Positions 37,197-51,761 are shown, counted from the stretch's first letter. The stretch is 64,000 nucleotides of DNA from Marsupella aquatica (GCA_973895155.1 OZ316891.1:28277145-28341144); one strand, 5' to 3'. Numbers and translations: made by a program. Notes: a model not told the origin generated them from the letters alone.

Positions 37197-40100
37197 CTAT
37201 CCAGCTCCACAACTTATGATCCGCACTAGTGTTCGCATGACTCGTTTTCGCATAACTCTTGCACTTGATCTAACACTACCAGCAGAGTCCGTGCCGGTTT
37301 CCTCAAAATCCACTTCATTTCCATCATGTCCTCTATGCAGATCCAAACCAATAAAATCCGAAATAGTTTTCCCGTACGGCTTGCAAATAAGATACAATCG
37401 TTGATCTCCGGCACTGAAGCGTTCAGAAGGAGAGCTCGCGCAGGCTCCAGGCAGGCCTATGTCCCGTCCACAAGCACGAAAACGTATTTCCGGGAACAGC
37501 TTTGTGGCCAACTTGCTGTCCAGCACATATTGAGCCTGTTCTGCTGCTCCACTGCCAGTCGCCATCGTCCTTGCCTTCTCCCATTCTCCGCACTTGACAA
37601 GGTAACCTACATTCAGTGCATAGTGCTTCCCGTAACCCTCCAAGAAGAATTCCAATATGATCCATGAATCCGATGATACGGAAAGCAAGTCAAGCCGTGA
37701 CGGCGAGGAAATGCTGAAAGACTCCAATGGTGTGCATGTGTGACCCTCGGACGTGGAGCACCCTCCCTCCACTGAAGAAACCTGACTCACAGAGTGGGAC
37801 ATGTCTTGCAGGCTCCCACACTCCCATATATCGAGCTGCCTCAAGGACGATGGTAAGGTAGTCAAAGATTCTGGCAACCTCGACAACCGAGGAAGGTCAT
37901 TTAATTCTAAATACCCGAGCTTGACCAGCTTGCCCAAGCACTCGGGTACCTGTCTGAGTCTCATCCACTTTCGTATTAGGAGAAATTTTAGACTCGTCAA
38001 GATCCCCAAGTCAGAAGGGATCATCTCTGGGAGATCAAAGTATTGCAAGTGCAAAGTATCAAGCGATGGCAAGTACTGCAATGCACTAAACAGAGTTGGA
38101 AGAGAAGATTGTGCGTAGCCTTTGCCACGCAAGGATAGTAGAGTGATCGTTTGAAAAGCAAGTGATTGAGATGGAAACAAATGAACTCCCAATTGTGATC
38201 GGCAATCCCCCGGATCCAGAGCGCTCTCATCTCCGCGGTCTGCAACCTCCTCTGATTCCAGGAAAAACCCAGAAGCGTCTAATGGAACTGCTGGCAGCAT
38301 AAGATTGTTGAGACTTGACAACTTTGCAAAGGACCGTGGGAATCCCCTCCACTTGAACGAAGAAACGGCAAAATCTGCCATTGCAGCCAAATTTCCAATA
38401 TTACTTGGAACAGTCGTTAGTTGCGTGTTCTCCAAATACAAGTGGCTTAGAGACTTTAGGGTACAGATGGAATCTGGTAGTTTCTCCAACGGAGTATTGC
38501 TCAAATGCAGGGTAGCCAAGTTTTGGAGTTGACCTATGCTTTCTGGCAAGGAGTACAACTTCGTTTTCACAAGATTGAGGACTACCAAACTTTTGAGATC
38601 ACTGAAAGACTCTGGCAGGGTAGTTACTGCTGTGCCTCCAAGGTCAAGCTTCCTTAACATCGCAAGGCGAGATAGCCCTTGAGGAACTTGCTTCAGCAGT
38701 GTGCGGCCAAGCTGCAAGGACGCGAGTCTCTCCAACTTCCCAATGTCCCTAGGAAGCTTACTCATGCCTGTCCCGTTCGCTCCCAAGTGCTCCATCCAGT
38801 TGGGTAGTCCAAATGGCAGCTCTGTTAGCAATTCGCAACCTTCAAGCTCTAACCAAGTGAGCTTTCGGGCTAGCACAACATCAGGTGGGAGGGACCTCAT
38901 CAATTTACAATCTAGAAGCTCTAGAGCTGCTAGATTCTCCAAATGGGTGAAATCCACAGGGCAAACAACAAACAGGCCATTTTTCCACCTCAAATATACC
39001 AAAGATCTCGGCAATTTCAGTCTCGTCCCTTTTGTACTCACGTTTTCGAGTATCAAGTATTCAAGATGATAATAGTTCTGGAACGTGTTCACTCGAAGCG
39101 TAACGAATTCATTCTCTAAGGGATGAAGCAAAAGAGCCGAAGTTTCCAAATTCCCTGCGAAAGCCGTGCGACTTAAACGTTAGCGCTTCTACGACAAACC
39201 ATCTAATACTATTACAAAATTTCCCCTCAAATTTGTCAAATATTCAAGAGAGTGGAGTTATTGTTAACATTTACGTTGTACAATGTCTTGAGTTCTTGGA
39301 GCGTACTTACCTCATGATTAGTTATCAACCTGCTCGCAGTAGATGAATCAGATATCCTCTGCCATTTGTCGATGCCAGAGTCCTCCGGACAGGCAATCCT
39401 CTTCCCAAGATTTCTCAGATGTTGGTGCATCCGTACGTGACCACTGTCCTCATAGACGAAAAATTGCACCTCTAGATTCTGCAATGCTAAGTGAGGTATT
39501 CTCCGACACCCCTTCCAGATGCGTTTCGCCAAGGACAATGGAAACCCATGAAAAATTGTGGCAATGTCCAGGAAAATCAATCTCTCAGAAGCTTGAAGAC
39601 CGTCATAACAAAGTTTCAATTTGGCCCAGAGTTTCTCATCATGACCAGCATTAATTTCTTCAGCTTCTTCTAGCCTCATCACTAATTCGACCCAGAGTTG
39701 CCTGTCATAGAAATCCCGCTTACTAATGCAAGCGCCCAAGATCTTCAGAAAAAGAGGATAATTACCGCACTTCAGTATGGCTAGCTGGATGTACTCCTTC
39801 AAATCCTCTGGTCCATCTCCATCCCCAAAAGCATAATGACAAAACAAATCTTTTGATTCATCAGGACTCAAGAATTGCACCTGGAAAGTATTCACTGGGC
39901 TCCTGAGCCAGGGAATTGTCGTTGCTATACTTGAGGGATTTGTTGTCGTCACAATTATTTTACTCGAGCCCTTCTGTAGCCAGGCTGAAATGCACAACGC
40001 ATCTAGCTGGTCCTGTGAGTCCACATTCGCCAAGACCATCAGAACCTTTCTATTGGAAAAACGATGAATAATGTCCGACGGATATGGTCCTGACCCTCTG

Positions 40101-40825
40101 TCAGCTTCTCCCAGCTCTTCTCTAATCTTTCTCAGTGTATATTGTCTTGGGCTTGCAGTTGCTTCAATACTGTCCAGAGATACAAAGCAAGCAACTTCAT
40201 AGTTATGACGTATCTTCTGGAAAACGTGTTGCGCTAACGCTGATTTTCCAGAACCACTTAAGCCAACTATGAAGATGGTTGGTCTAGGCCACCAGATTCT
40301 CCCCTATTTGGTAAATGTCCATCCTCCCAGACGCCACAGTTTTTGTGGCAGAAGAGTCATACGAGACTGTGAAAATGCGAGCTTTGGGGAACAATTCCAC
40401 CAGCCATGTTTGCAGCCAACATTCAGAGTTGTCTCTGCTCATCCACGTTGCAGCGTAAGGCTCTTTGCAATTGTCTAATTGAAGACCATGAAAGAAAACG
40501 ACTTCTACTTCTGGCGTTACTTCTGGAGGAGGTTGGTACACATGATACACCATGTCGTTGAGCTGCAGAAAGCAGATGTGAAAATTAGTCTGAAGGCCAA
40601 GGTCGTTCATCCAAGAAACACTAAACTTACATTAACTTCAACAGCACCTTCGACAGACCCTGCTTCAAATCCAATCCAAGACATCGCTACATAGCATACG
40701 GGTGTATAACATACCTTGGTCAGCTTGGGACTAACAAATTGGGGACTCGGAGCTTCAACAAAGGACGATTTCTCTTGAATCTTGTTCCATAGAACGAAGA
40801 GCGAAGATAACGGAGATTCATCCAT
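37197..40825 (-). pseudogene. alpha/beta-hydrolase-NB-ARC-LRR (HNL-type NLR), apparently disrupted
   Basis: Exon 40825-40715 splices in phase to 40562 (LTK|LNDMVY). Then VVFFHGL...CW..TWL...FP.ARI..VSYDS hydrolase N-part, P-loop GLSGSGKS, SKIIVTT, KCGNYPL, IFLDIA, RMHQHLRNLG, and an LRR ORF at 37197-39149. The hydrolase frame stops at 40284 out of frame with the NB-ARC. The intron at 39310-39155 is phase-mismatched by 1 nt. Confidence 0.85.
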
Positions 40826-42189
40826 GTTTGAAGTGGAACCAAAAATATAATTCCGAACAACTGCACACCGTCGGCAATCGTTCACGAAGCAACAAATCGC
40901 TGCAATCGTAAGGGTGCAGGACACTCCAATGGGAGACCCTCTAATTGGGTACCAGGCAGTACCTGAAGCTTTGAAAAGGAACAGGATCTCCAGCGAAAAT
41001 CACATTCCACTGATGTTGATTTAGAGCTCTGTTACTAACAATAGAGCCCTGCAGTTAGTACTAGCTCGATCGAATCGCTCTTTCTGGGGAACACTGTCTC
41101 GGACGACCATATTACAATAATTACGAGCATATCAAATTGGGAAGCAGCGTCTGGAATCCACGAACTCGTCTTTGATTGGAAGGAGGTCTGCGATCCCAGA
41201 ATACGAACGGATCCAAGTATGCCCACACAGTGTCCTGATGAGATTTCCGTGAGGAAAAGTTGGCGGGTTGTCAACAGTGGGCAAATATAATTTTGGGCCA
41301 GGAGGCTAGCACACGCTTACGTCCGGGCATGGAGGTTGTTTGCGGGTTCCCTCAAATCTACTAATGGGAGATACTCTACAAGAGATTCTTCCTCGTCTAT
41401 TGATTCAACTCGAAATCTTCGAGGAGATGAAAAAAAAACCACTCTCCATTTGCGGTAGGCCAGTGAAATCTGTCACTACCGTAGCTTTGCTGCGTACTGG
41501 CTGACTTAATTCGAATGTGTCGTCGCGATTCAGAGGATAGACTCGAAGGGGCTATGGAGACTCCTTTTCGGACCACAGTGTCACACGTTCTGTGAGTCAT
41601 TGTGTGCCCCACCGCCAAGGGCTCGCATCGTCGCTCCTGTCAGTGGGTCATTTAAATATCAATGTGGTGGACCCATTCAGTTCGATGAAACGCTTTGACA
41701 ATTTTTATGACTTATAGATAGATAATGTAATCCTGGTGTTGTGCTGACTCGTACCAAGTCCATGACGCCTCTGCAAAGTAATTGATTTACTACCGACGAG
41801 CAGTGCGCTCGTGATGGTCTTCCATGACGACAATTTGGGAGCAACATATGTGGGTGACATGTCTACGATTTCTGTCGGGTGATCGTTGCTCCTGATGTTC
41901 GTCCATGACGATAGTTTAGAAGCAACATATATGGGGGACATGTCTATAGATTATGTAGTGTAACCATTAGCTTTCAAGTGTGAGATCTAAACTCACTGCA
42001 CATGTGGATGTGAGCAAAATTATCTGCTTCTTTCAACTCTTCACTGAGCATAGTAGCATGGCTCCATCAATCAACAAGACTTCCGCCCGTTTTGAGACTC
42101 AGAACCTGGGTGTCTATGCTCCAAGTTTGTATTAGTTGAAAATTGTGGAGTCTAATGCCAACATGACATGGGGAGGGTGTGTGTGTGTT

Positions 42190-42323
42190 GGGGGGGGGGA
42201 GGAGGGGGCAGGTGGTGGGAGTATTGGTTATCTCCTCAACCCTGGCTGGCCCAGTTTGGGGCCTTGGTTTAGCCCTCCCTCCCTCCTGGTCTGGGTCCGA
42301 TCCTTTGGTATTGTCCCCTTGTG
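42190..42323 (+). mobile_element. SINE body fragment related to 7912-8217
   Basis: GGTGGGAGTATTGGTTATCTCCTCAACCCTGG...GTATTGTCCCCTTGTG matches the reverse complement of ~7995-8105. Confidence 0.7.
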
Positions 42324-44436
42324 TTTGATCATAACGTTCATATATAAACGTATGCAGGTTTCGAACATTTGTGAGCACTTTCTCTACCCTCATGTTTGTA
42401 AATATAAACACCAAATCTTTTGCTCAATCATTGGTCAATCGATTGTGACTTTTGGAATGTATAAATCCATATATACGAACTCCAGTTTCATTCGCAAGCT
42501 GATGCACATACTTTTTGGTTCAAGATTCTTCTAGCCAGGATTCCGAGATCTTTATAATCAGCACCGTATGCATGCCACCACTCTGTTGGACTGATATTAC
42601 CTATACTTGATTGGGCTCCTCCCATCGCTACTGATGTGTTGGGCCTTTTTTTTGGCGCGTCAATGACTTGATTGTGGATGGCAGAAATAAATTCTCTCAC
42701 TTTGCGATCATGGTTGATCCCCTCCTTCACCTGTTGTTCTGCATATCGGGCAATGTATTCAGTGAAACCTCTATACAATTCAGGATCTCTTGAGACATCT
42801 ACGTCCTCATCAAAAAATATTTGAGGATTGATATATGCTGCGGCTAGCATAAAATCAGTAGTAAGAGATTTTCTTCGATCCATGTACACTTTTAGTATCT
42901 TTGGTTTCAAGAACTCGGTTACCAATGGACATTCCTCCATGCTTGCCATTAGAAGATCAATTCCTCTTTTCAAACTCCAATACAACCAACCTGATTGCAG
43001 CGAATCACCATCAAATTCACGCAACATCCTCACCAATGGAGTAAAGAATTTCACTGTACCCTTCACTTCAACCCAAAATGTATCTTGTTGTATCCACACT
43101 TTAAGTTCGTCTGCCTTTCCCCTCGTCATGTGTCCAGCTGAATTTTGGTCGCACTGGAAGTCTATCACGATAAGACTCTCATTTATCATCAATGACCATC
43201 TGTTGCAGAGCTCCTCTTAGCTCCAATGCTCTTTTGCGCCATTAGACAATTTTTTGCAAATCTTGTTGCATTTGGATTCAATAATTTTTTGTTTGGAGAT
43301 TTTTTCTCAAATATTGCAGAAAGCTTTTGCGATGACAAAACGATTTTTACTATCCACCTCAAGCGTTTAAAAATCTTTCAGAATGGATTCTGTCTGCTCT
43401 CATCTAGCACTACACGCTTATGACCACACATGTCTTTTAGCAACAAATTAAACACGTGGCAACACATCAGCTCCAAGTGACATGTGAAAAAATTTTCATC
43501 ACTATCTCACAACCTGCTACGCAATTTGCGGGAGCTCCATCAGTTACAATTTGAATAATATGATCTGCACCAATATCCTCGATGTATTTCAACCACATCT
43601 CGCCAAGATATTTTCCATCTTTCTTGTCCGCTTGCGCAACATTCCAACTATCCAAGAAGAAATCACCTTTAGAAGTCAACAACATGACATTCATCAAAAG
43701 TTCTCTTCTGACGTTTTACCATCCATCTTAAGAAAGAAAATATGGACCATAAGGTTTTGCCTCCTTCAAGGATTTCGTCATGTCCTTTGTGAGATTGCCA
43801 AGGTTACTGTCTTCCAATAATTTCAGTCACAAATCTCTCATAGTAGGAAGAGAATAACCATTCACAATTCCTTTTGAAGTCTCCATGACTGCTTCTAAAA
43901 AAAAGGATTATTTGAAACATTGAACGGAATACCACTTGTGTAAAAAGCTTTTGCCCAAAGTTTATCCAAATGTGTTCTATTTGGAATTTGATAGGCATCC
44001 ATAATCGGGTTTGAAAGATTTGTTGGCCTATTGCTTTCTCTCGCATTTGTATCATGCTCCATTTCAACATAGTTTGACCCTCGTGTGGATGCATGCAAAT
44101 ACAAAGTGCCAACGCTTGACCTGCGGTCTCTCATATCCTACAAGATATGAGTTTCATCCCTTCGTTTGTACTTTAAGGTTGGTGGAACCTTTATCACATT
44201 GTACATTATGTTGATGGCATCCAAGTCGACGACACTATACAATCGTAGGCAAGGGGGCGCATCCCCTTTTTGAATGTTTCCCATCAAATGCACCTTTGCT
44301 CGTGTTACATGATGAGTAAAATATCTTAAACAATACTTGCATCTTCGATAGATACGATTGACATCATGACATGTTGAAGGCGCATCACATCGTTCGAAAT
44401 ATCTCCACACAGGAGACTGTTTTGAAGGGTGTTCTT

Positions 44437-47400
44437 TGTCGAGCATAGACGACATTCGTAACTGCAAGCCCATGAACCATCCAACGCACAAGAGTCAACA
44501 CAAAGAGATGCGTGGTTTGCCTCCACATGAGGCTACATCCACGGGAACACACAAGAGCTTTACTGCACTCTAGGCCGAACGGCCATACCAAGCATCCACA
44601 GCACAAGCTCTCCCTATCTCTCAACTAGCTCCGTAACAATGAGCCTAAGTTCCACCAGGGTCTAGTATCAGCCCTGGCTATATGCACAACAATACTATCG
44701 CTAACATTAGCTAAGTCCTAACCCGAGTTAGCCTAACTGTGGTTAGCTCATGGTCACAAGACTAGAGCAATATCTAACAAACTCCCCCTTGACTCCTGTC
44801 TTGGGGACTGGACTAAATGCTACCATATGGATTCCTCAGCGGGAAGTTCTAGACAATCACCAAACCAGGTTTCCCCCTAAAAACCACAAGGGTTAACTAA
44901 GGGTTAACTAGAACTAAGCCGTAGCCAAACAGGAATGAGTAATCCATATACAAATAGTCACACATTGCTAAATAACTCTATTTGTACTACAACTGCAAAA
45001 CCTGCAAAGTAGCACGGTGTCTTGAGAAACTCTCCAAAGGAATCACTTTGGTAAAGGCATCAACGGGATTGAGCTTTCCATCAATCTTGACTAGCTCAAA
45101 AGTTTTATCAGACACTGCTTGCCTGATAAAATGGTACCTGATATCAATGTGCTTCACCCTGCTATACATCACCTGGTTAGCAACCAAGCGATGAGCACTC
45201 TGACTATCACAGTTTAGAGTCATTTTGCCATGCTCTAAACCCATCTCCGCGATCAACTTGTCCAACCAAATTGCTTCCTTTGCTGCTTCTGCTACTGCAA
45301 CATATTCTGCTTCTGTAGTAGACTGAGATATACACTTCTGCAAGGTAGATTTTCCAACTGATACATCCTCCTCCAAGAGTAAATACAAACCCAGTTGTAG
45401 ACCTCCTTGTGTCCAGACAGCCCCCGGGTACGCAACTCTTATATAATAGACAGGGGTCTACATTTTTATATGGACTAAAAAGTTGGCTATACAAAATAAT
45501 TAAAATTTGAAAAAACCTGGGTTTTCCACTTTTAAACATTTTCAAGTCATATAAAAGGTTTGGTTTTCTTCATTTTCCATATGAAATTAAAAAATATTCC
45601 TATACATGTTGTAATTTTTATTAATTTTTTTTTTAAATTTTAATAAAAATCCTAAAAAGCTGGCTAGTTTGGCTGTAGACCCCTGTATTAAAAAAAACCC
45701 ATATAATTTGGTTTTGATCAATTTTTTGTACATCAAAACATGTTTGGTTTTTTTTTTAAGTTACATTTTTGGATTCCTTGAGTTCAGAGGTAGAAGACTT
45801 TAGTAGACTAAAATGAAATCTAAGATGGTCAATTGGATATAAGGCCATTATAAGGAATTAAAAACTTACCTTATAAAAAGAGGAGTTGCATACCCGGGAG
45901 ACAGCCTCCATAGTCAGAATCTACATAGCCAACCAATGTTCTATCTAATTTGTTATCAAATAGTAATCCATAGTCCTGTGTTCCCTTCAGATACCTGAGA
46001 ATCCACTTCACAGCTTCCCAATGTACCTTCCCTGGATTTGACATGAATCTGCTAACCTTGCCCATCGCTAGGGCCAAGTCAGGCCTAGTACAAGTCATCA
46101 AATACATCAGACTGTCTACTGCCTTCTCATAAGGAATCTTAGCCATCAGACCTTTCTCCACAACATCCATAGGAGAGAAAGCCGATGATAACTTGAAATG
46201 TGAAGCTAAAGGAATACTCACTCGCTTGCAGTTTTCCATGTTGAATCGTGCAAGTATTTTCCTCGCATACTGGCCTTGACTCAAGCACAACTGTCCAGTA
46301 TCAGAGTTCCTATAAATCTCCATCCCTAAGATCCTCTTGGCCTTACCAAGATCCTTCATCCTGAATCAGCACTCAATTTTGCCTTGAGACTATCAACCTC
46401 AGATTTATCTTTAGTCACAATCAGCATGTCATCCACATAGATCACCAGAATGATGAAACCAAATACATCATTCTTGATTGATTTTGTATACACACAAGGA
46501 TCATACATCATCCTTGTAAAACCTTGAAGCAAGCATGAAATCATCAAACCGCTTGTTCCACTGTCTGGGAGACTGCTTCAATCCATATAAGGACCTGAGC
46601 AATCTGCAAACTAAGTTCTCTTGGCCCTTCTTCATAATTAAAGCCTAGTGGTTGTCTCATGAAGATCATCTCTTCCAAGTTGCCATAGAAAAAAGCAGTA
46701 ACAACATCCATCAGATCCATCACCAGACTAAAAAACACAACAAGCTGACCGATGGAATACTTAGCCACCGATGAAAAGACCTCATTGTAGTCCACTCCTT
46801 TCTCCTGAGTGAACCCCTTGGCAACAAGCCTTGCCTTGTAGATCTTGTCTCCACCCTCTAGAGGACAATCCTTCAACTTGTAAATCCACTTGTTGTCCAC
46901 CACTTGCTGACCTCTTGGAAGCTCCACGAGCTCCCATGTCTTGTTGTCACTCAAAGATTGCAACTCCCTTTGCATTGCTGCATTTCACTCATGCTTCTGC
47001 TCTAAAGCACAAGCCTCATTGTACAAAGAAGGTTCTCCTTCTTCCAAGATCAAAGTCATGTCATCATCATCATCAGGTGCAATGTCAATATCATCTAGCT
47101 TAGATGAGTCTGCCCATTGACCATACCTGGTAGGAGCTCTAGTAGAACGACTGGAAGTTCTTCTAGTAGATGACTCAGGCTGATCTGCTGCTGCTACTGG
47201 CAGAATTTGAGGTACCCCAGCAACAATCTGCTCCTCTTGTTCCATCACAGGAACCAGCTCCAAGCCCGGAGCTTCTCCATCTCTCCTGTCATGAACTGCA
47301 TCATGACTAATCTCCCCCTCAACCCGGTCCGGGATGAGAGATTTCTCCTTGTAAGTATGGGAGTCCTGAGAACTCTCCCCCTCCTTTGATGATCTGGACT

Positions 47401-50400
47401 CATCAAAAGACACATCTCTAAGTTTAGAGGTTACTGGATCCCATAACCTATAACCCTTCACACCTTTCTAATAGCCAAGGAAAATGCACTTCTTTGACTT
47501 GGACTCCAGCTTGGATCGAAGCTGGGAAGGTGTAAACACATAAGCATCGCATCCAAAAATCCTCAGATGTGAGTAATCTGTTGGACGCCCGTACCTCATT
47601 TCAAATGGCGTCTTGAATCCAATAGAACTGGATGGAGAAAAATTTACCAAATAAGCTGTAGTGTTGATAGCTTCAGCCCAAAACTCATGTGGTAAGCATG
47701 ATTGACTCAACATACTCCTCGAGCGGTCCAATAGTGTTTGGTTGAGTCTATCAGAAACACCATTCTGCTAAGGAGTATAACTTGTTGTGAGATGACAGGT
47801 AATTCCCTACTTCTTACAATACGTTCCAGATTCCCCGAAATTGTATTCACCGCCGTTATCCGATCGAAGATATCTCACCTTATTACCAGTCTGATTCTCA
47901 ACTTGGGCTTTCCACTCCTTAAAAGTGGCAAAAACATCAAACTTATTGTGTATAAAGTATATCCACACATACCTTGAGTAATCGTCAATGAACGTGACAT
48001 AGTATAACCGTCCAGAATGTGAGGGAGTAGGGGCTGGATCCCACACATCACTATATACATACTCAAGTACCTCCTTGCTGGTGTGAGTTCCAACTCCGAA
48101 GGGTTTTTTGTGCTGCTTCCCAAGCACCCAGTGCTCACAAAATTCCTACTTACAAGACTGCAAATTAGAAAGTAATCCTTTTTTCTGAAGAATAGCCAAA
48201 TCTTTTTCACTCATGTGGCCCAAACGGAAGTGCCACAGCCGGGCCGTCTCCTCATGAGATAAGGTTATATTGGCTTCATCACAGACTACACTGCCCTCCA
48301 AAACGTATAAATTGTTATGTCTCTTTCCCTTCAATACAACTTTAGTACCAGTTGAAACCTGAAGGACACCACTAGCAGAACTCCACTGATGGCCATTTGC
48401 TTCTAAAATTCCAAGTGCAATGAGATTTTTCATCATGCTGGGAATATGTCTCACATTCCTCAACGTTCTCACAGCACCATCAAACATCTAAAATCTAATA
48501 GATCCAAGTCCAACTACTTGACATGGGATTCTATTTCCCATCAACACTGACCCGTTGGAAACCGTGTAAGAACTGAAAAAATCTCTCCTAGAGCAAATGT
48601 GAAAAGTACATGCACTATCTAGAATCTAGTCATCACTACCTGGATTTGACACTACGTTGAGAGCATAACCTTGGCATCACAATATGTCATCATCATCGAG
48701 TAAATCTACCTCATGCGAGCTCGATGCCACGTTAGCAGATGCAGTAGGGACCTTTACTCGATAATCCTTTTTCATGTGGCCAGGCTTGCCATAATTCCAA
48801 CATGCAAGAGGCTTCCTCTCTTGCGATTTCCCTCTGGATTTAGATCTCCCCCGTGATGTAGATCTAAACTTGTTCTGCCCATTCGCGCGCTGCGCTGCTC
48901 TCCCACGGTTCACGTTCAGCGCAGTGCTAGAAGAAGATGTTGTCTGTGATTGACCCAGCTTCTTTTGAGCATCATCAGACAGTAAAGAGCTCACCACCTC
49001 ATTATACGAAATGGACTTCAGATCTCTGTACAAGAGCATCTGTTTCAAGCCCTGATAAGACGGCGGTAAGGAGCTCAACAAAAGCAAGGCCTTATCCTCA
49101 TCTTTAACTTCTTTTCCCAGGTTTGACAGATCCACCACTAGACTGTCAAACTCATCCAGGTGATCCTGCATCTTGCTCCCTTCCTTGAGCCTGAGGCTCA
49201 TCAAGAGAGACTTCTTGTACAGCCGGTCTGACGCATCTTCCCGGTAGTACTTCTCTCTTAGAGCCTTGAACAGTGACGCGCAATCCGCATAATCATCCAA
49301 TTGCTTGATGATGTGCGGCTTCAAATAAAGCATCACTACATTAACAGCAATCACCTGCTCCTATCTCCATTGCTTCTCTGAGATCTCCTCTTCTCCATCA
49401 TACTGCTCTCGCGAAGAGAGCAGATGAGCTAAGCCCATGGCCCGAATGACACCCTTCACTTGCTTCTCCTAGAGCAAGTAATCAATACAACCATCGTACT
49501 TCCCACTTCAAACTTCACTCCTCCAAATCTAGCCATCTCCCTCTTCTTCCCAACTACTAACAACTCTGGTAGTAAGACAGCTTCTTCCACTGCATGCCGC
49601 ACCGGTGATCGTACCGGTGTAACTAGTTCCTCCTCAAATGGTAGCAGCTCCTCCTCAGACTCACCGTCTGATCGTCGTGATCCTGAAGCTCTACCGACGA
49701 CAATTCTTCCAGTATCCTCTGAGTCACTCATATGAAACAATCACGAAAAATATCTTTTTTCAAAACTTCTCATAAAACTCAAAACTCAACACCGCCACGT
49801 AGCCCACAAAGCTAGGAGTCCAATACTAAAAGCCGAAATCAAAATCAAAATTTGACGAAAAAGTTATTCAAATTTTGGTCGGGGTGGATAGAAACCTTGG
49901 GAAACTCCCCCGTTTTGACCACCTTGGAGAATAACCAAAATACCAAGTACAACCCATCGTCAGAATTGCGATATGATCGGTGCGCCGCGTTGCTAACTCC
50001 AGTGGCAACGTCCTCGCCAAAAAAGAACCAAAAAAATTACCGTTCGGCGGACAAAATCTTTGTCGGATGGCCAAAAAACAACTCTCTATTTTTTTCGGGA
50101 ATATTCTTGCACAGTCTGATAAGGCTCACAGAGGGCCATTCCCCCTGTCCAAGCAGTTAAAATAGAGGGTCACAGGGCCCAGGATAGCCAATAGAACGAG
50201 CAATAGAAGAGCCGGCAAGAAAAAAACAAAAAATTTGGCCCTTAAAAGGGGTTGTAAAGGCCTTTAAAGAAAAATACGCCCAAAATGCGCATCCGCGATG
50301 CGCGACACGAGGCGGGCCAGCGGGCGTACAGGCATCGGGGTGGGCAAATACAAGGAAGTAGCCGCGTACAGGTGGCGTACCACCGCGAAAGGCCTTGCCG

Positions 50401-51761
50401 GGCCGAGGGCGTAAAACTAGTTGCGGAGGCAGCCGGCAACTCGCGAGGCAGGCGGGCGCGGGCCTGGCCGGGGTGTCGGGCAAGCGGGGAGGGGCTGGCC
50501 GGGGCGTCAGGCAAGCGGGGAGGGCAACTGTCGGGCGGCAGCTTTCGCGCTGGCCGACGCTACGCAGGGCCACAAAAAATGGGGTGCGGGGGGAGGGGGA
50601 AGAGAGCGCATGTACGCGGGGCCGGGCCAGAGAAGGGTAGGAGGGGGGGTGTCGGGTGTGTTTATACACACTATGTGTGTGTATACACACACAAGGCCCA
50701 AGTGACCCCCCTTAAAACGGAAAAAATGACCCTTAACCTAAAATGCCGATTATACACCTTAAATGCCGCGGTTTTAAACAAGAAAAGTGGACGCCGACGA
50801 TGGGTAATGTTTCCGAATTGCACCAGCACAGCGTGCAGCTCCAGCTGAGTAAACAATTTTTGCCGTGTCGTCTTCACTCCACGTCAAGTGCCAATCCCGG
50901 GCTCAAAATGACCGCCTCATTGCGATCAAACCGTTGAGCTGTGGCACTTCGTGTCTCTTCCACCGAGTCGGACGTCATGAAGAGAAACCCGGTTCAGATG
51001 TGAACAAGCTCCATAGCTTGTGAAAAAACCTGAACGCCTCCGTCACTCATCACGTCGCACTCGGTAACAACTCGACAGCAATCCAACTACCGAAATGACC
51101 AGCTTGCTTCAACCTTCAACTTGAGCTATAATGTGCGATCCCTCCCGTACCGCACAACTCACACCGTTGAAAAATGCGAACTCTGGTCTCTCCCCCGAAA
51201 TACCGTCGAACACAAATAAACCCTGAATGACGCAAACTTCAATTCCTCCGCACCACGGATACCGATCAACGAGTTCTAACCACCGTTAGAAAACCCTCTC
51301 ACTAACCTATCCACTTAGCCATACACATGAAACTCCAAATGTGCCACCGACAATGAACGCTGGAAAAACCTGTCACAAAAAAACCTCGTCACCTCCCAGG
51401 CATGCTCTGATACCACTTGTTGAGCATAGACGACATTCGTAACTGCAAGCCCATGAACCATCCAACGCACAAGAGTCGACACAGAGAGATACGTGGTTCG
51501 CCTCCACATGAGGCTACGTCCACGGGAACACACAAGAGCTTTACTGCACTCTAGGCTGAACGGCCATACCAAGCATCCACAACACAAGCTCTCCCTATCT
51601 CTCAACTAGCTTCGTAACAATGAGCCTAAGTTCCACCAGGGTCTAGCATCAGACCTGGCTATATGCACAACAACACTATCGCTAACATTAGCTAAGTCCT
51701 AACCCGAGTTAGCCTAACTGTGGTTAGCTCATGAGTCACAAGACTAGAGCAATATCTAACA
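44437..51761 (-). mobile_element. full-length Ty1/copia LTR retrotransposon (Copia-1), degenerate
   Basis: TG...CA LTRs at 44437-44779 and 51418-51761, TSD TTCTT, tRNA-iMet PBS (TGGTATCAGAGC) at 51404-51415, PPT next to 44780. Order is gag-PR-INT-RT-RH with many stops. The LTRs differ at about a dozen sites. Confidence 0.97.
45421..45900. mobile_element. 480-bp AT-rich MITE inserted in the Copia-1 RT/RNase H
   Basis: TIRs CCCCCGGGTACGCAACTC / GAGTTGCATACCCGGGAG. ACAG is duplicated at 45417-45420 and 45901-45904. It interrupts YGGCLDTRRSTTG. Confidence 0.9.

Noticed and set aside
41820-41955. ~81-bp tandem duplication
   Set aside because: Real but ordinary. No functional signal.
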